From NCBI GenBank assembly GCA_030141605.1, contig JAQGDQ010001495.1:1-38171 (forward strand): DNA of 38,171 nucleotides, in the 5' to 3' direction. The first letter of the stretch is position 1. The number at the start of each line of letters is the position of its first letter. Origin of the DNA: Tubiluchus corallicola (Eukaryota; Animalia; Priapulida). Made by a program: the position numbers and the translations under genes. Under the pieces are notes generated by a model. The model did no database searches. It had not been told where the DNA came from and saw only the letters and a program-made list of their open reading frames with translations. Positions 24,201-34,277 of the stretch are shown piece after piece.

Positions 24201-27200
24201 AAGCATTGTTGAACTAAGCTTAACACTTTCCTAGGTAGAAAGTGAAAAGTCTCTATTTGTAAGGATGCCAAGCATTGTTGAACTAAGCTTAACACTTTCC
24301 TAGGTAGAAAGTGAAAAGTCTCTATTTGTAAGGATGCCAAGCATTGTTGAACTAAGCTTAACACTTTCCTAGGTAGAAAGTGAAAAGTCTCTGTTTGTAA
24401 GGACACCAAGCATTGTTGAACTAAGCTTAACACTTTCCTACATAGAAAGTGAAAAGTCTCTGTTTGTAAAGATGCCAAGCGTTGTTGAACTAAGTTTAAC
24501 ACTTTCCTACATAGAAAGTGAAAAGTCTCTGTTTGTAAAGATGCCAAGCGTTGTTGAACTAAGCTTAACACTTTCCTACATAGAAAGTGAAAAGTCTCTG
24601 TTTGTAAAGATGCCAAGCGTTGTTGAACTAAGTTTAACACTTTCCTACATAGAAAGTGAAACGTCTCTGTTTGTAAAGATGCCAAGCATTGTTGAACTAA
24701 GTTTAACACTTTCCTACATAGAAAGTGAAAAGTCTCTGTTTGTAAAGATGCCAAGCTTTGTTGAACTAAGTTTAACACTTTCCTGCATAGAAAGTGAAAA
24801 GTCTCTGTTTGTAAGGATGGCAAGCATTGTTGAACTAAGCTTAACACTTTCCTACATGGAAAGTGAAAAGTCTCTGTTTGTAAAGATGCCAAGCATTGTT
24901 GAACTAAGCTTAACACTTTCCTACATAGAAAGTGAAAAGTCTCTGTTTGTAAGGATGCCAAGCATTGTTGAACTAAGCTTAACACTTTCCTAGGTAGAAA
25001 GTGAAAAGTCTCTATTTGTAAGGATGCCAAGCATTGTTGAACTAAGTTTAACACTTTCCTACATAGAAAGTGAAAAGTCTCTATTTGTAAGGATGCCAAG
25101 CATTGTTGAACTAAGTTTAACACTTTCCTAGGTAGAAAGTGAAAAGTCTCTATTTGTAAGGATGCCAAGCATTGTTGAACTAAGCTTAACACTTTCCTAG
25201 GTAGAAAGTGAAAAGTCTCTATTTGTAAAGATGCCAAGCGTTGTTGAACTAAGTTTAACACTTTCCTACATAGAAAGTGAAACGTCTCTGTTTGTAAAGA
25301 TGCCAAGCATTGTTGAACTAAGTTTAACACTTTCCTACATAGAAAGTGAAAAGTCTCTGTTTGTAAAGATGGCAAGCATTGTTGAACTAAGCTTAACACT
25401 TTCCTACATGGAAAGTGAAAAGTCTCTGTTTGTAAAGATGCCAAGCATTGTTGAACTAAGCTTAACACTTTCCTACATAGAAAGTGAAAAGTCTCTGTTT
25501 GTAAGGATGCCAAGCATTGTTGAACTAAGCTTAACACTTTCCTAGGTAGAAAGTGAAAAGTCTCTATTTGTAAGGATGCCAAGCATTGTTGAACTAAGCT
25601 TAACACTTTCCTAGGTAGAAAGTGAAAAGTCTCTATTTGTAAGGATGCCAAGCATTGTTGAACTAAGCTTAACACTTTCCTAGGTAGAAAGTGAAAAGTC
25701 TCTGTTTGTAAAGATGCCAAGCATTGTTGAACTAAGCTTAACACTTTCCTACATAGAAAGTGAAAAGTCTCTGTTTGTAAGGACACCAAGCTTTGTTGAA
25801 CTAAGTTTAACACTTTCCTGCATAGAAAGTGAAAAGTCTCTGTTTGTAAAGATGCCAAGCTTTGTTGAACTAAGTTTAACATTTTCCTACATAGAAAGTG
25901 AAAAGTCTCTGTTTGTAAAGATGCAAAGCATTGTTGAACTAAGTTTAACACTTTCCTACATAGAAAGTGAAAAGTCTCTGTTTGTAAAGATGCCAAGCTT
26001 TGTTGAACTAAGTTTAACACTTTCCTGCATAGAAAGTGAAAAGTCTCTGTTTGTACGGATGCCAAGCTTTGTTGAACTAAGTTTAACACTTTCCTACATA
26101 GAAAGTGAAAAGTCTCTGTTTGTAAAGATGCAAAGCATTGTTGAACTAAGTTTAACACTTTCCTACATAGAAAGTGAAAAGTCTCTGTTTGTAAAGATGC
26201 CAAGCTTTGTTGAACTAAGTTTAACACTTTCCTGCATAGAAAGTGAAAAGTCTCTGTTTGTAAAGATGCCAAGCTTTGTTGAACTAAGTTTAACACTTTC
26301 CTACATAGAAAGTGAAAAGTCTCTGTTTGTAAAGATGCCAAGCTTTGTTGAACTAAGTTTAACACTTTCCTACATAGAAAGTGAAAAGTCTCTGTTTGTA
26401 AAGATGACAAGCTTTGTTGAACTAAGTTTAACACTTTCCTGCATAGAAAGTGAAAAGTCTCTGTTTGTAAGGATGCCAAGCATTGTTGAACTAAGTTTAA
26501 CACTTTCCTACATAGAAAGTGAAAAGTCTCTGTTTGTAAAGATGCCAAGCTTTGTTGAACTAAGTTTAACACTTTCCTACATAGAAAGTGAAAAGTCTCT
26601 AGACTAAAGGTGTGGTGAAGGTTCAATAATTTGTCATTTATATACAAAGATTGCTTAACCGGTTAAAGAAAAAATTAACCGGTCCCAGCACAGGTGCTAA
26701 TGATTTGAAGGTACAGCTTGAACGTGATTTTAACAGGTTCTAACACGTACATTAATCGTGGACAATTAATATGTTAATATGAACATCAACCTCAAAACTG
26801 ACAGTATTTTAGTTCAAACATCGCCACACCTTTTGCTTTTTGGAGATTTCGTCGCTGAGTATCTTCGAAGTGTCCAGAATCTGAATGGCCGTCTCATCTT
26901 CCAGGATGTTTCCCTCGGAAGCCGACAACGTGTGCAGGATCTTGTCCTCTATCTCCTTCAGCTGTTTCTTGTTTTCCGCCGACTGGACGATGAGAACCTG
27001 ACGCTCCTCCTCGAGTTCCGGCCTGAAAGAGGAGGGAATGTATATATACAAAATGTGACTAGAATGTTAACACTGCAGTGGCAAATATCGCACATCAAGG
27101 CCATCTACTAATACAGGGGTGTGGAAATTGCGGTTCTTATTCCAATTATGACCTTTAAGGCCTTGTAAGTGTTGCTAAAAACTGACCTATCCATTAAAGC

Positions 27201-30090
27201 GATGTGTCATTTGTTGCCTTGCTGTCCCTGTGACAACTCATGGACTAAAATTTGATAAATATTTCGTCAAACCTTACACACAACAAACGTTTTCATGAGA
27301 AATGTAGTGACATGGTTTTGACAAATATAACGACAAGGAGAATGACAACGACAACATTATCATCATGGAGCTATGGTGGCGGCAGCAGCAGTAGTAGTTG
27401 ACAACGACAAGGACAGCGACAAAGACAATGACAAGGAGAATGACGATGATGACAACATTATCATCATGGTGCTATGGTGATGGTAGTAGCAGTAGTGGTA
27501 GCGGCAGTAGCAGTAATAGTTGACAACGACAAGGACAACAACAAAGACAACGACAAGGAGAACGACAACGGCGACAACATTATCATCATGGTTCTATGGT
27601 GATGGTAGTAGCAGTAGTAGTTGACAACAACAAGGACAACGACAAGGAGAATGACAACGACGACATTATCATCATGGTGCTATGGTGATGGTAGTAGCAG
27701 TAGTAGTTGACAACGACAAGGACAGCGACAAAGACAACGGTAAGGAGAACGACGACAACGACAACATTATCATCATGGTGCCATGGTGATGGTGGTAGCA
27801 GTAGTAGTTGACAACGACAAGGACAGCGGCAAAGACAACGGTAAGGAGAACGACGACTACGACAACATTATCATCATGGTGCCATGGTGATGGTAGTAGC
27901 AGTAGTAGTTGACAACGACAAGGACAGCGGCAAAGACAACGGTAAGGAGAATGACAACGACGACATTATCATCATGGTGCTATGGTGATGGTAGTAGCAG
28001 TAGTAGTTGACAACGACAAGGACAGCGACAAAGACAACGGTAAGGAGAACGACGACTACGACAACATTATCATCATGGTGCCATGGTGATGGTGGTAGCA
28101 GTAGTAGTTGATAACGACAAGGACAGCGGCAAAGACAACGGTAAGGAGAACGACGACTACGACAACATTATCATCATGGTGCCATGGTGATGGTGGTAGC
28201 AGTAGTAGTTGATAACGACAAGGACAGCGGCAAAGACAACGGTAAGGAGAACGACGACTACGACAACATTATCATCATGGTGCCATGGTGATGGTGGTAG
28301 CAGTAGTAGTTGATAACGACAAGGACAGCGACAAAGACAACAAAAACAACAACCACGACAATAACATTCCAAACATTTACGAAAGCTTCATAATTGTTGC
28401 TAACACAGACTCCACTGAACTGACAATGACTGATTTGTTAAGTGAAAAGCAGACGATCCCCGCAATCCTGGGACATTACCCACTAGGGGTGAGCATCAAA
28501 CGTTCGAATTCGATTCGAACGAGTTCTTTAGTTCGAACTCGATACGAACCTAAAATTATAGATTCGAATCATTCAGCAAAAGAGCTACATACCTTCTTTA
28601 TCATTAAAATGTTTGAAACAGCAATGCAATTAGCACAATTAAGCTGCAGTTTCTGTGCAAATTTTTTAACAAACTACAGTAGGCGCCGCTTAATAGACTC
28701 ACTTTAGGACCGATGTGTTTTGACCCAATTAACCGACTGAACCTATTAACCGATGGGTGTAGTATTACAGGTATAGAAGTATGAGTCATCAGCTTACTAT
28801 GCACTGCAAAGGTTTTTAATGAATTTTAGAAACGAAGTAATGCTTAAATTCCTTTGTGCAGGTAAAAATTAGAACAAAATATTTTAAAATATTAATTTAT
28901 ATAAGTGAATTAAAAATAATTTAAAAAGTATACAATTTAAATTACAATTTAATTACAATTTAAATGTGTTAAAATCACAAGTTAGTTTATTAGCAAAAAT
29001 TACAAAAATCCCTTCAAAAAGTGAGCTGCTTCATTTTCTTGAGAAGAAGTTGACCCACACAGTTCTCGTAATTACAAAAAGTTGAAAATTTGTTGTTGTG
29101 TGTGACTAAAACAGTTCTAAATCGTCTGCTTACTTTACATTGCTCTTATTTGCTGTATGATGTTTAGTCTTGTAAGTCACAAGGAATACAAGCTGATTCC
29201 TGTCTGTACCTGCATCTTTGACTGTTAAGCCTGAAAGCGTGATTTGCAAGATTTGCAATGAGAGCATCAAAAAGAAACTGCTAGGCAAGTGATTAAATGT
29301 TTAGCTTCCAGAAATTCTTTGGGTAACAGTATTAGCGCATGATAAACGTACCTGCTTACAAACAAAATGGTACTTAACATGATTGTTTCTACTCACTCTA
29401 GTGTATCTCACTCTAGTATATTTCACTCAAATATATCTCACTTTAGTATATCTCACTTTAGTATGTTTCACTCTGGTATATTTCACTCTGGTATATTTAC
29501 AAACAAAATGGTACTTAACATGATTGTTTCTGCATACATAATGCACAAAAGGGAAGTAAAGATGACATAAAAGTAGGAAAGGCTGTTTGGGCAAATACAA
29601 ATTTCTTATTTTAAGTAGGTGAAGGAAAAACATCGAGTCAATTAGGCAGAGTTATTTGAGTTAATTTCCGATAGTTTTTATGTACACTTGAATAGAAGCG
29701 GCCCGTTCGAGGCGTTTTTGAGTCTATTAAGCGGTGCCTACTGTAATTTCGATTTTACTGCAGAACAAAATCAAGTGCTACACAAGATCATTGTAAGACC
29801 ACTTTTTGCTAGTGGTTCTAAAATCCTTAAAACTCATTTGAGTTCGATTCAAATTCGCTTTCTGGTAGAGGATGCTCGCCCCGCCCAGTGCACTAACCTT
29901 TCTTTTGCGACGACGATACCCAACAGCTGATCCTCCAGGCCCTCCGGGGTGATCATGAAGTTGAGGAGGGTGACTTTAGTCGACAGCTCCGGCAAGTAGT
30001 GCGGATTGCGCAGCTTGGTGGTGATGTAAAACCGGAAATCTCGACTGTACTCGATTACGCTCTCACCAAGTCGGATCATCTCCACACCTC
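2621..30090 (-). CDS. DNAH12: Axonemal inner-arm dynein heavy chain, DNAH12-like; partial gene, 11 exons, about 640 aa (AAA5 end to AAA6/lid)
   Basis: Manually spliced exons (1922 nt) are phase-consistent and translate to dynein motifs: [76 protein letters not shown]. Segments such as [24 protein letters not shown] and [13 protein letters not shown] recall DNAH12 more than DNAH3/DNAH7; orthology needs a tree. Confidence 0.88.
3366..3865 (-). mobile_element. 5S rRNA-headed SINE (SINE3) with RTE-like body and (CAA)n tail
   Basis: 5S head 3747-3865, about 380-bp GC-rich body, 3' end GAAGGATGCCAACAACAAC-type, TSD (TC)TCCAATAAT at 3355-3365 and 3864-3874. Confidence 0.8.
3747..3865 (-). pseudogene. 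Full-length diverged 5S rRNA copy (SINE head)
   Basis: Reverse complement GACTACGGCCAAATCATGTTGAAACACCTGTTCTCGTCTGATCACCGAAGTTAAGCAATG...GGGTGACCGCCTAGGAATATCAGGTGCTGTAGGCTT; invertebrate-type 5S with CpG decay and no oligo-T terminator. Confidence 0.88.
4553..5036 (+). mobile_element. hAT MITE family B, copy lacking the right TIR
   Basis: Near-identical direct copy of 14272-14721. Confidence 0.75.
5141..5320 (-). mobile_element. Degenerate tRNA-derived SINE relic
   Basis: B-box GGATTCGAATCC at 5250-5261, A-box-like TAAGTCAAATGA about 35 nt upstream on minus, (AAAC)n-like tail. Confidence 0.35.
6424..6561 (-). CDS. DNAH12: Dynein HC exon (138 nt, phase 0-0): [46 protein letters not shown]
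   Basis: Translated by hand; acceptor tttgcag|CAA, donor CAG|gtgtgc. Confidence 0.94.
6605..7085 (+). mobile_element. hAT (Charlie/Buster-type) MITE family A
   Basis: TIRs CAGGGGTGTGCGAAT / ATTTGCACACCCCTG; 8-bp TSD ccgtacgg/ccgtacat. Confidence 0.85.
7245..7258. promoter_or_regulatory. Candidate RFX X-box GTTACCGTGGCAAC
   Basis: Matches GTNRCC-N(0-3)-RGYAAC; near copy at 7275-7288 inside the exon. Confidence 0.3.
7269..7409 (-). CDS. DNAH12: Dynein HC exon (141 nt, phase 0-0): [47 protein letters not shown]
   Basis: Translated by hand; acceptor tttctag|TTT, donor CAG|gtgagt. Confidence 0.93.
7494..8008. repeat. About 131-bp tandem repeat, about 4 copies
   Basis: aacacaatttcatacctgcaagatcgg recurs at 7514, 7645, 7775, 7906. 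Confidence 0.92.
9508..9678. repeat. About 92-bp tandem duplication
   Basis: acctgttttctcatc...cttacaaattcca at 9508 and 9600. Confidence 0.85.
9702..9881 (-). CDS. DNAH12: Dynein HC exon (180 nt, phase 0-0): [40 protein letters not shown]...[12 protein letters not shown]
   Basis: Acceptor tcccgccag|GGA, donor AAG|gtaacg. Confidence 0.93.
10040..10900 (+). mobile_element. Unclassified interspersed repeat family C (copy 1)
   Basis: Inverted homology to about 32800-33520 (e.g. tttcatgaggatcattttgataccaagttc); internal duplication about 10160-10460; ends approximate. Confidence 0.65.
11972..12196 (-). CDS. DNAH12: Dynein HC exon (225 nt, phase 0-0): VIPQVTNFV...[39 protein letters not shown] (AAA6 start)
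   Basis: Acceptor ttttcag|GTG, donor CAG|gtacgc. Confidence 0.93.
12394..12854 (-). mobile_element. hAT MITE family A, inverted copy
   Basis: TIRs CAGGGGTGTGCAAAT / ATTTGCACACCCCTG; TSD gcgtaatt/gcgtaaat; reverse complement of 6605-7085. Confidence 0.87.
13395..13539 (-). CDS. DNAH12: Dynein HC exon (145 nt, phase 2-0): [48 protein letters not shown]
   Basis: Translated by hand; acceptor ttgcag|G, donor AAG|gtacag; LRCLRPDK motif. Confidence 0.92.
13946..14104 (-). CDS. DNAH12: Dynein HC exon (159 nt, phase 2-2): [53 protein letters not shown]
   Basis: Acceptor ttttcag|G, donor CG|gtcggt; [14 protein letters not shown] motif. Confidence 0.9.
14272..14755 (+). mobile_element. hAT MITE family B, complete copy
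   Basis: TIRs CAGGGATGAGAAT / ATTCTGATCCCTG; 8-bp TSD acttactc/atttactc. Confidence 0.85.
14865..16358. repeat. 37-bp minisatellite (35-bp variants), about 41 copies
   Basis: Unit gacacagtttactctagtagtggccggctaatcaatg. Confidence 0.96.
16477..16617 (-). CDS. DNAH12: Dynein HC exon (141 nt, phase 2-2): [47 protein letters not shown]
   Basis: Translated by hand; acceptor tttcag|C, donor CT|gtaagt; [14 protein letters not shown] motif. Confidence 0.93.
16655..17114. mobile_element. piggyBac-like MITE
   Basis: TTAA TSD both sides; TIRs CCCTTTCAGTCCC / GGGTATGAAAGGG; internal repeated tcccacgggataca. Confidence 0.82.
18098..18240. repeat. (CAA/CAG)n microsatellite
   Basis: Direct reading. Confidence 0.95.
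18260..18502 (+). repeat. About 2 units of the 101-bp compound repeat also found at 27325-28367
   Basis: gacaacattatcatcatggtgctatgg...gacaacgacaaggacagcgacaaagac shared. Confidence 0.8.
18876..19378. repeat. About 172-bp tandem repeat, 3 copies
   Basis: taggtgctgccatctatgtg at 18876, 19048, 19221. Confidence 0.92.
19725..19897 (-). CDS. DNAH12: Dynein HC exon (173 nt, phase 0-2): [58 protein letters not shown]
   Basis: Translated by hand (not in ORF track); acceptor ctttctatag|ATA, donor AAG|gtaagt. Confidence 0.93.
20001..20645. repeat. 73-bp minisatellite, about 9 copies
   Basis: Unit cgaaagtgtgttcacactaatttagagtggtgtgataatgccattagatcactgcattagagaacacactaat. Confidence 0.95.
20913..26693. 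mobile_element. Degenerate hAT-like MITE hosting a 5.5-kb satellite
   Basis: Termini CAGGGCTGG / CCAGCACAG, subterminal (CC)GGTTAA/TTAACC motifs at both ends, flanks gtgttaac/gtgctaat (6/8). Confidence 0.55.
21114..26600. repeat. 69-bp satellite, about 80 copies
   Basis: Unit acatagaaagtgaaaagtctctgtttgtaaagatgccaagcattgttgaactaagcttaacactttcct; source of the 23-aa-repeat ORFs on both strands. Confidence 0.97.
26830..27022 (-). CDS. DNAH12: Dynein HC exon (193 nt, phase 2-0): [64 protein letters not shown]
   Basis: Acceptor tctttcag|G, donor AAG|gtgtgg; buttress/strut coiled-coil region. Confidence 0.93.
27325..28367. repeat. About 101-bp compound (trinucleotide-derived) minisatellite, about 10 copies
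   Basis: gacaacatta recurs at 27760, 27861, 28060, 28161, 28262. Confidence 0.92.
28484..29884. mobile_element. hAT-like non-autonomous element with nested MITE
   Basis: TIRs TAGGGGTGAGCATC / GATGCTCGCCCC; subterminal TTCGA repeats; no clear TSD. Confidence 0.55.
28677..29743. mobile_element. Tc1/mariner-pogo (Tigger-like) MITE
   Basis: 24-bp TIRs CAGTAGGCGCCGCTTAATAGACTC (23/24), TA TSD both sides. Confidence 0.85.
29898..30090 (-). CDS. DNAH12: Dynein HC exon (193 nt, phase 1-2): [65 protein letters not shown]
   Basis: Acceptor ctaattag|GAGGT, donor GAAAG|gttagt; AAA5 C-terminal motif. Confidence 0.93.
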
Positions 30091-30351
30091 CTAATTAGGA
30101 AAAATCAATATTTCTAATAATACACAATCAATACCCTTTTTCCTACAAAACATCCAACAGCAGATTGTACAAAGTCTGACCTTTCCTTTATAGGGATAGC
30201 AGTCATCAAAAGTCATCAAACCCAGAGCATATGTAATGAAATTGAAGCAGGTCACCCAGCTAAGAGTTATTGAGAACCAACACTGCCTAACTTTTGACAG
30301 CACTTAAATAAGTGCATTACGATTAAGATGTTCGAATGACACGGTACCTAC

Positions 30352-30369
30352 CCTTCTTGGCCCGGACAG
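30352..30369 (-). other. Candidate 18-nt microexon of the dynein gene
   Basis: tttttttgttttacgctgcttgcgactgtag|CTGTCCGGGCCAAGAAGG|gtaggt; open in phase 1 (xVRAKKG). Confidence 0.4.
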
Positions 30370-31530
30370 CTACAGTCGCAAGCAGCGTAAAACAAAAAAA
30401 GCAGCATACGAAAGTGTTGAAACAGCTAAAAACTTATAAACAGTTAGTTGGCTAATCATGCGAACAGAAATGGAGATCAAAATGTGGTTTTCCGTCAAAA
30501 CTGCATAGACAAAACAAACACAAAAAACTTAACTTTCCAAACGATGGTCATTTTGGTGATTTTATAATCACCTGGTAAAAGTTGAATGGCGCACAGACAA
30601 AGCGACTATACTACTCAGACTACAAACAAGTTTGTAGAAATTGTCCAAGCTGTTTTGCTAAGATACAACAACAAACAGGATGTAACTACTCGAATACTCA
30701 TACACATATAAACAATTATTATTATTATTATTTTATTATTATTATCACATTCAGTACAATATAAAACAACAAAGAGAAGAATATGTATCAAATATTTATG
30801 TTGACATGTAATTAACCAGTGGGTGGCTCGTAGTTAAAATATTGTGTAAAACGAAACAAACACGCGTAATTTTTGATGTTGTAATTTACAATTGTATTTT
30901 TAAATAAACAAACATACAAAAATTGATACATAAACTTGATAAAATCCTAAACAAACATTTTTGCTCACGAATAGCCTAAACTGCCACAGTTCAAGAATGT
31001 GCCGGTACACGGTTTTAAAGCGCGTGACAATTGACAAAAAACTGTGTGAGCGACAGTACTTTCTCTACCTAGCAGCAGACGCTAGCAGTGCAGTACAGCA
31101 TGTTATCTCACACATGTTATCTTAGACAAGTAAATTTACATGCTCCAGTTCCATACAAGAATAAAGACAGAATTAAAGGAAAATATTGGATTTCGTTGGA
31201 TTGAAAAATGTAATTAACAGTTAACTAAGTTCAACGCATATGTAAAAAAATAAATACTTCACAATAAAAATTAGTACAATAAAGTTAAAAATTAGGTAAT
31301 TGTTAAGGCATGACAATTTTCAAGATCTTTTAAAGCAGATGTAAGTAAAAAATAGTTATTTTAAGTATGCTTTTGATAATCTATATTACCAGCCTTCTAA
31401 GGCTACCTTCTTAAACAAGCAATTGCAAGGTGCTGCCATCTGGCCGTCTTGAAATGTAACTTTTGTCGTTGGCGTGCAAATTTTGCAAATCCAAAAGTAT
31501 ACCTAATCAGCAGTTAATGCACAGCGTAAA

Positions 31531-32536
31531 GGCCATCTATTACATTCATTGCAGTACTGCTTGACAAAATGCAAGCCATCTACATTCATTGCAGCACTGC
31601 TTGACAAAACACAGGCCATCTACATTCATTGCAGCACTACTTGACAAAATGCAAACCATCTACATTCATCACAGCACTGCTTGACAAAATGCAAGCCGTC
31701 TACATTCATTGCAGCACTGCTTGACAAAACACAGGCCATCTACATTCATTGCAGCACTACTTGACAAAATGCAAACCATCTACATTCATCACAGCACTGC
31801 TTGACAAAATGCAAGCCGTCTACATTCATTGCAGCACTGCTTGACAAAATGCAAGCCGTCTACATTCATTGCAGCACTGCTTGACAAAATGCAAGCCGTC
31901 TACATTCATTGCAGCACTGCTTGACAAAATGCAAGCCGTCTACATTCATTGCAGCACTGCTTGACAAAATGTAAACCATCTACATTCATTGCAGCACTGC
32001 TTGACAAAATGTAAACCATCTACATTCATTGCAACACTGCTTGACAAAATGCAAGCCGTCTACATTCATTGCAGCACTGCTTGACAAAATGCAAGCCATC
32101 TACATTCATTGCAGCACTGCTTGACAAAATGCAAGCCATCTACATTCATTGCAGCACTGCTTGACAAAATGCAAGCCATCTACATTCATTGCAGCACTGC
32201 TTGACAAAATGCAAGCCGTCTACATTCATTGCAGCACTGCTTGACAAAATGCAAACCGTCTACATTCGTTGCAGCACTGCTTGACAAAAATGCAAGCCAT
32301 CTACATTCGTTGCAGCACTGCTTGACAAAATGCAAACCATCTACATTCATTGCAGCACTGCTTGACAAAATGCAAGCCGTCTACATTCATTGCAGCACTG
32401 CTTGACAAAATGCAAGCCGTCTACATTCATTACAGCACTGCTTGACAAAATGCAAGCCATATACATTCATTGCAGCACTGCTTGACAAAATGCAAGCCAT
32501 CTACATTCATTACAGAACTGCATGACAAAATGCAAG
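31531..32536. repeat. 40-bp minisatellite, about 25 copies
   Basis: Unit ttgacaaaatgcaagccatctacattcattgcagcactgc. Confidence 0.96.
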
Positions 32537-32799
32537 AAGATCTGACAATTTGGCAATTGCGATGAGAGCTGCGACCAAATGCATTGCACCGATCGTAAAG
32601 ACCGTAATCATCGGTAATCATCAATAATCAATCGCAATGAGAAAGTCAAAGTATTGTATTCTGTGACTTAATTCCTGCATAGCGATAAATTAGTGATGAT
32701 GTAATGATGCTAGAGCATTTACTCTTTATCCTAAAACTTCTGGCGAGAAATGCTTCGTAGCTGCTGTGTCCTGTCTTAATCTGCTCAAGCTAAACTCAT

Positions 32800-33520
32800 G
32801 ATACAGGATGGTACATAAATTTTGCCACGGGGTGCAAAACAACCAGTAACAGCACAGAACCACGCGTGTGCTTGCAAACCAAAACCGTCTATTAGTCGGA
32901 TTAGTTAAAACTGCGTTAGTATGCTTTACGTGGAATGCACCAAAAATTTGGTCAAGTCCCATTTTTTTAATAAAAAAAGCTAAAGATATTGGACTTTTGT
33001 ATTCTAGCATCAAATTATCAAAAAAATGTTCAAAAAACACAAGAAATCTAATTTTATAACCCCGTACCCAGTTCTCTAGCTAAAAACTAGTACCACAATT
33101 GTAAAAAAACTTTCATTTTCAAACGCCGGTAGTAGCTGGTAGAAGCAGTCATTTTGTTTTGGTTTTTTCTATTGTGAAGCCCAGATCTTAGTCAGGAAGA
33201 GCCATCTACTGGATTTAAGCATAACTTCAACGTGTTGTTGCGAACTCCGTAGCAACCAATATATGTGCCGTTGCCAAGTGTTTTGTAGAAATGCAAGAAA
33301 AAACAATGGCTGACTTTAACAGTGATTTTCTCAAGATTATGTTTTTCAGTGTGCAGCCTGCACCTCAACATCAATGTAGATTATCTCAGCTTAGAAATAA
33401 CACAGAGCGACGAACTTGGTATCAAAATGATCCTCATGAAATGGAGATTCAGGATGTGTGAATAACTAGTAAAACTTAATTGCCGATTTATGGACGATTT
33501 GCTATGCAAGCACTTGTATA
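32800..33520 (-). mobile_element. Unclassified interspersed repeat family C (copy 2, inverted)
   Basis: Reverse-complement homology to about 10040-10900; ends approximate. Confidence 0.65.
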
Positions 33521-34277
33521 TTACATCAATGTTTTGCTCAAAAATTGCTCAAAAATGTCTTCAAAATCTGGTGTAGAAACCTCATACGCACAGCCTGCAG
33601 TTCTGAGTGGTATGATTAGAGCAGTGACTTGAAGAACTCAAGATCCTCCAGCACATCTTCCAAATCTTTACACAAAATTATTCATAGTTTCAAAAAGTAC
33701 TTGAAAAGGACCATTTTTGGTTCATACTTATAATACAATTTTAATGGTTCCATGTCTCATGCAGTCGCAATATATGGCCTCCAATCAATTATAATGCTAT
33801 TTCAATATAGCTCTATGTAAATTAAACACACGCTGTGGTCGTTTCTTCTCCTCTCTTCCTTCTTCCTATCCCTAATCTTACTATTTTTTCCATTTCATCA
33901 TGTCTACCTACCCTAACTATTCCTTCATTTGCTCATTCTCTCTCCCTTCCTTCTTCCTCTCTCTAATCTTACTATTTTTTCCATTCCATCATGTCTACTA
34001 ACCCTACCCATTCTTTCATTCGCTCATCCTCCCCTTTTTTCCTTCTTCCTATCTCTAATCTTACTATTTTTTTCCATTCCATCATGTCTACTAACCCTAA
34101 CCATTCTTTCATTCACTCATTTGTGCAACCTTAACAAGCCAAGCTTTCAAGGTGTCATACAGCAACTCTTTTATTTGGTTAATTTGACTTCATCAACGTT
34201 TTTTTACCTATACTGTTTGTTTTTTTCAATAATATTGTACGTTGATGTATTGTATATGTATTGCTGGAGTGAGATAA

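Noticed and set aside
21036-26647. Long 23-aa-repeat ORFs on both strands as protein-coding genes
   Set aside because: They are translations of the 69-bp satellite, broken by stops and a frameshift, with no non-repetitive domain.
27115-27135. CAGGGGTGTGGAAATTGCGG resembling a family A hAT terminus
   Set aside because: No partner TIR or internal homology seen; at most a small relic.
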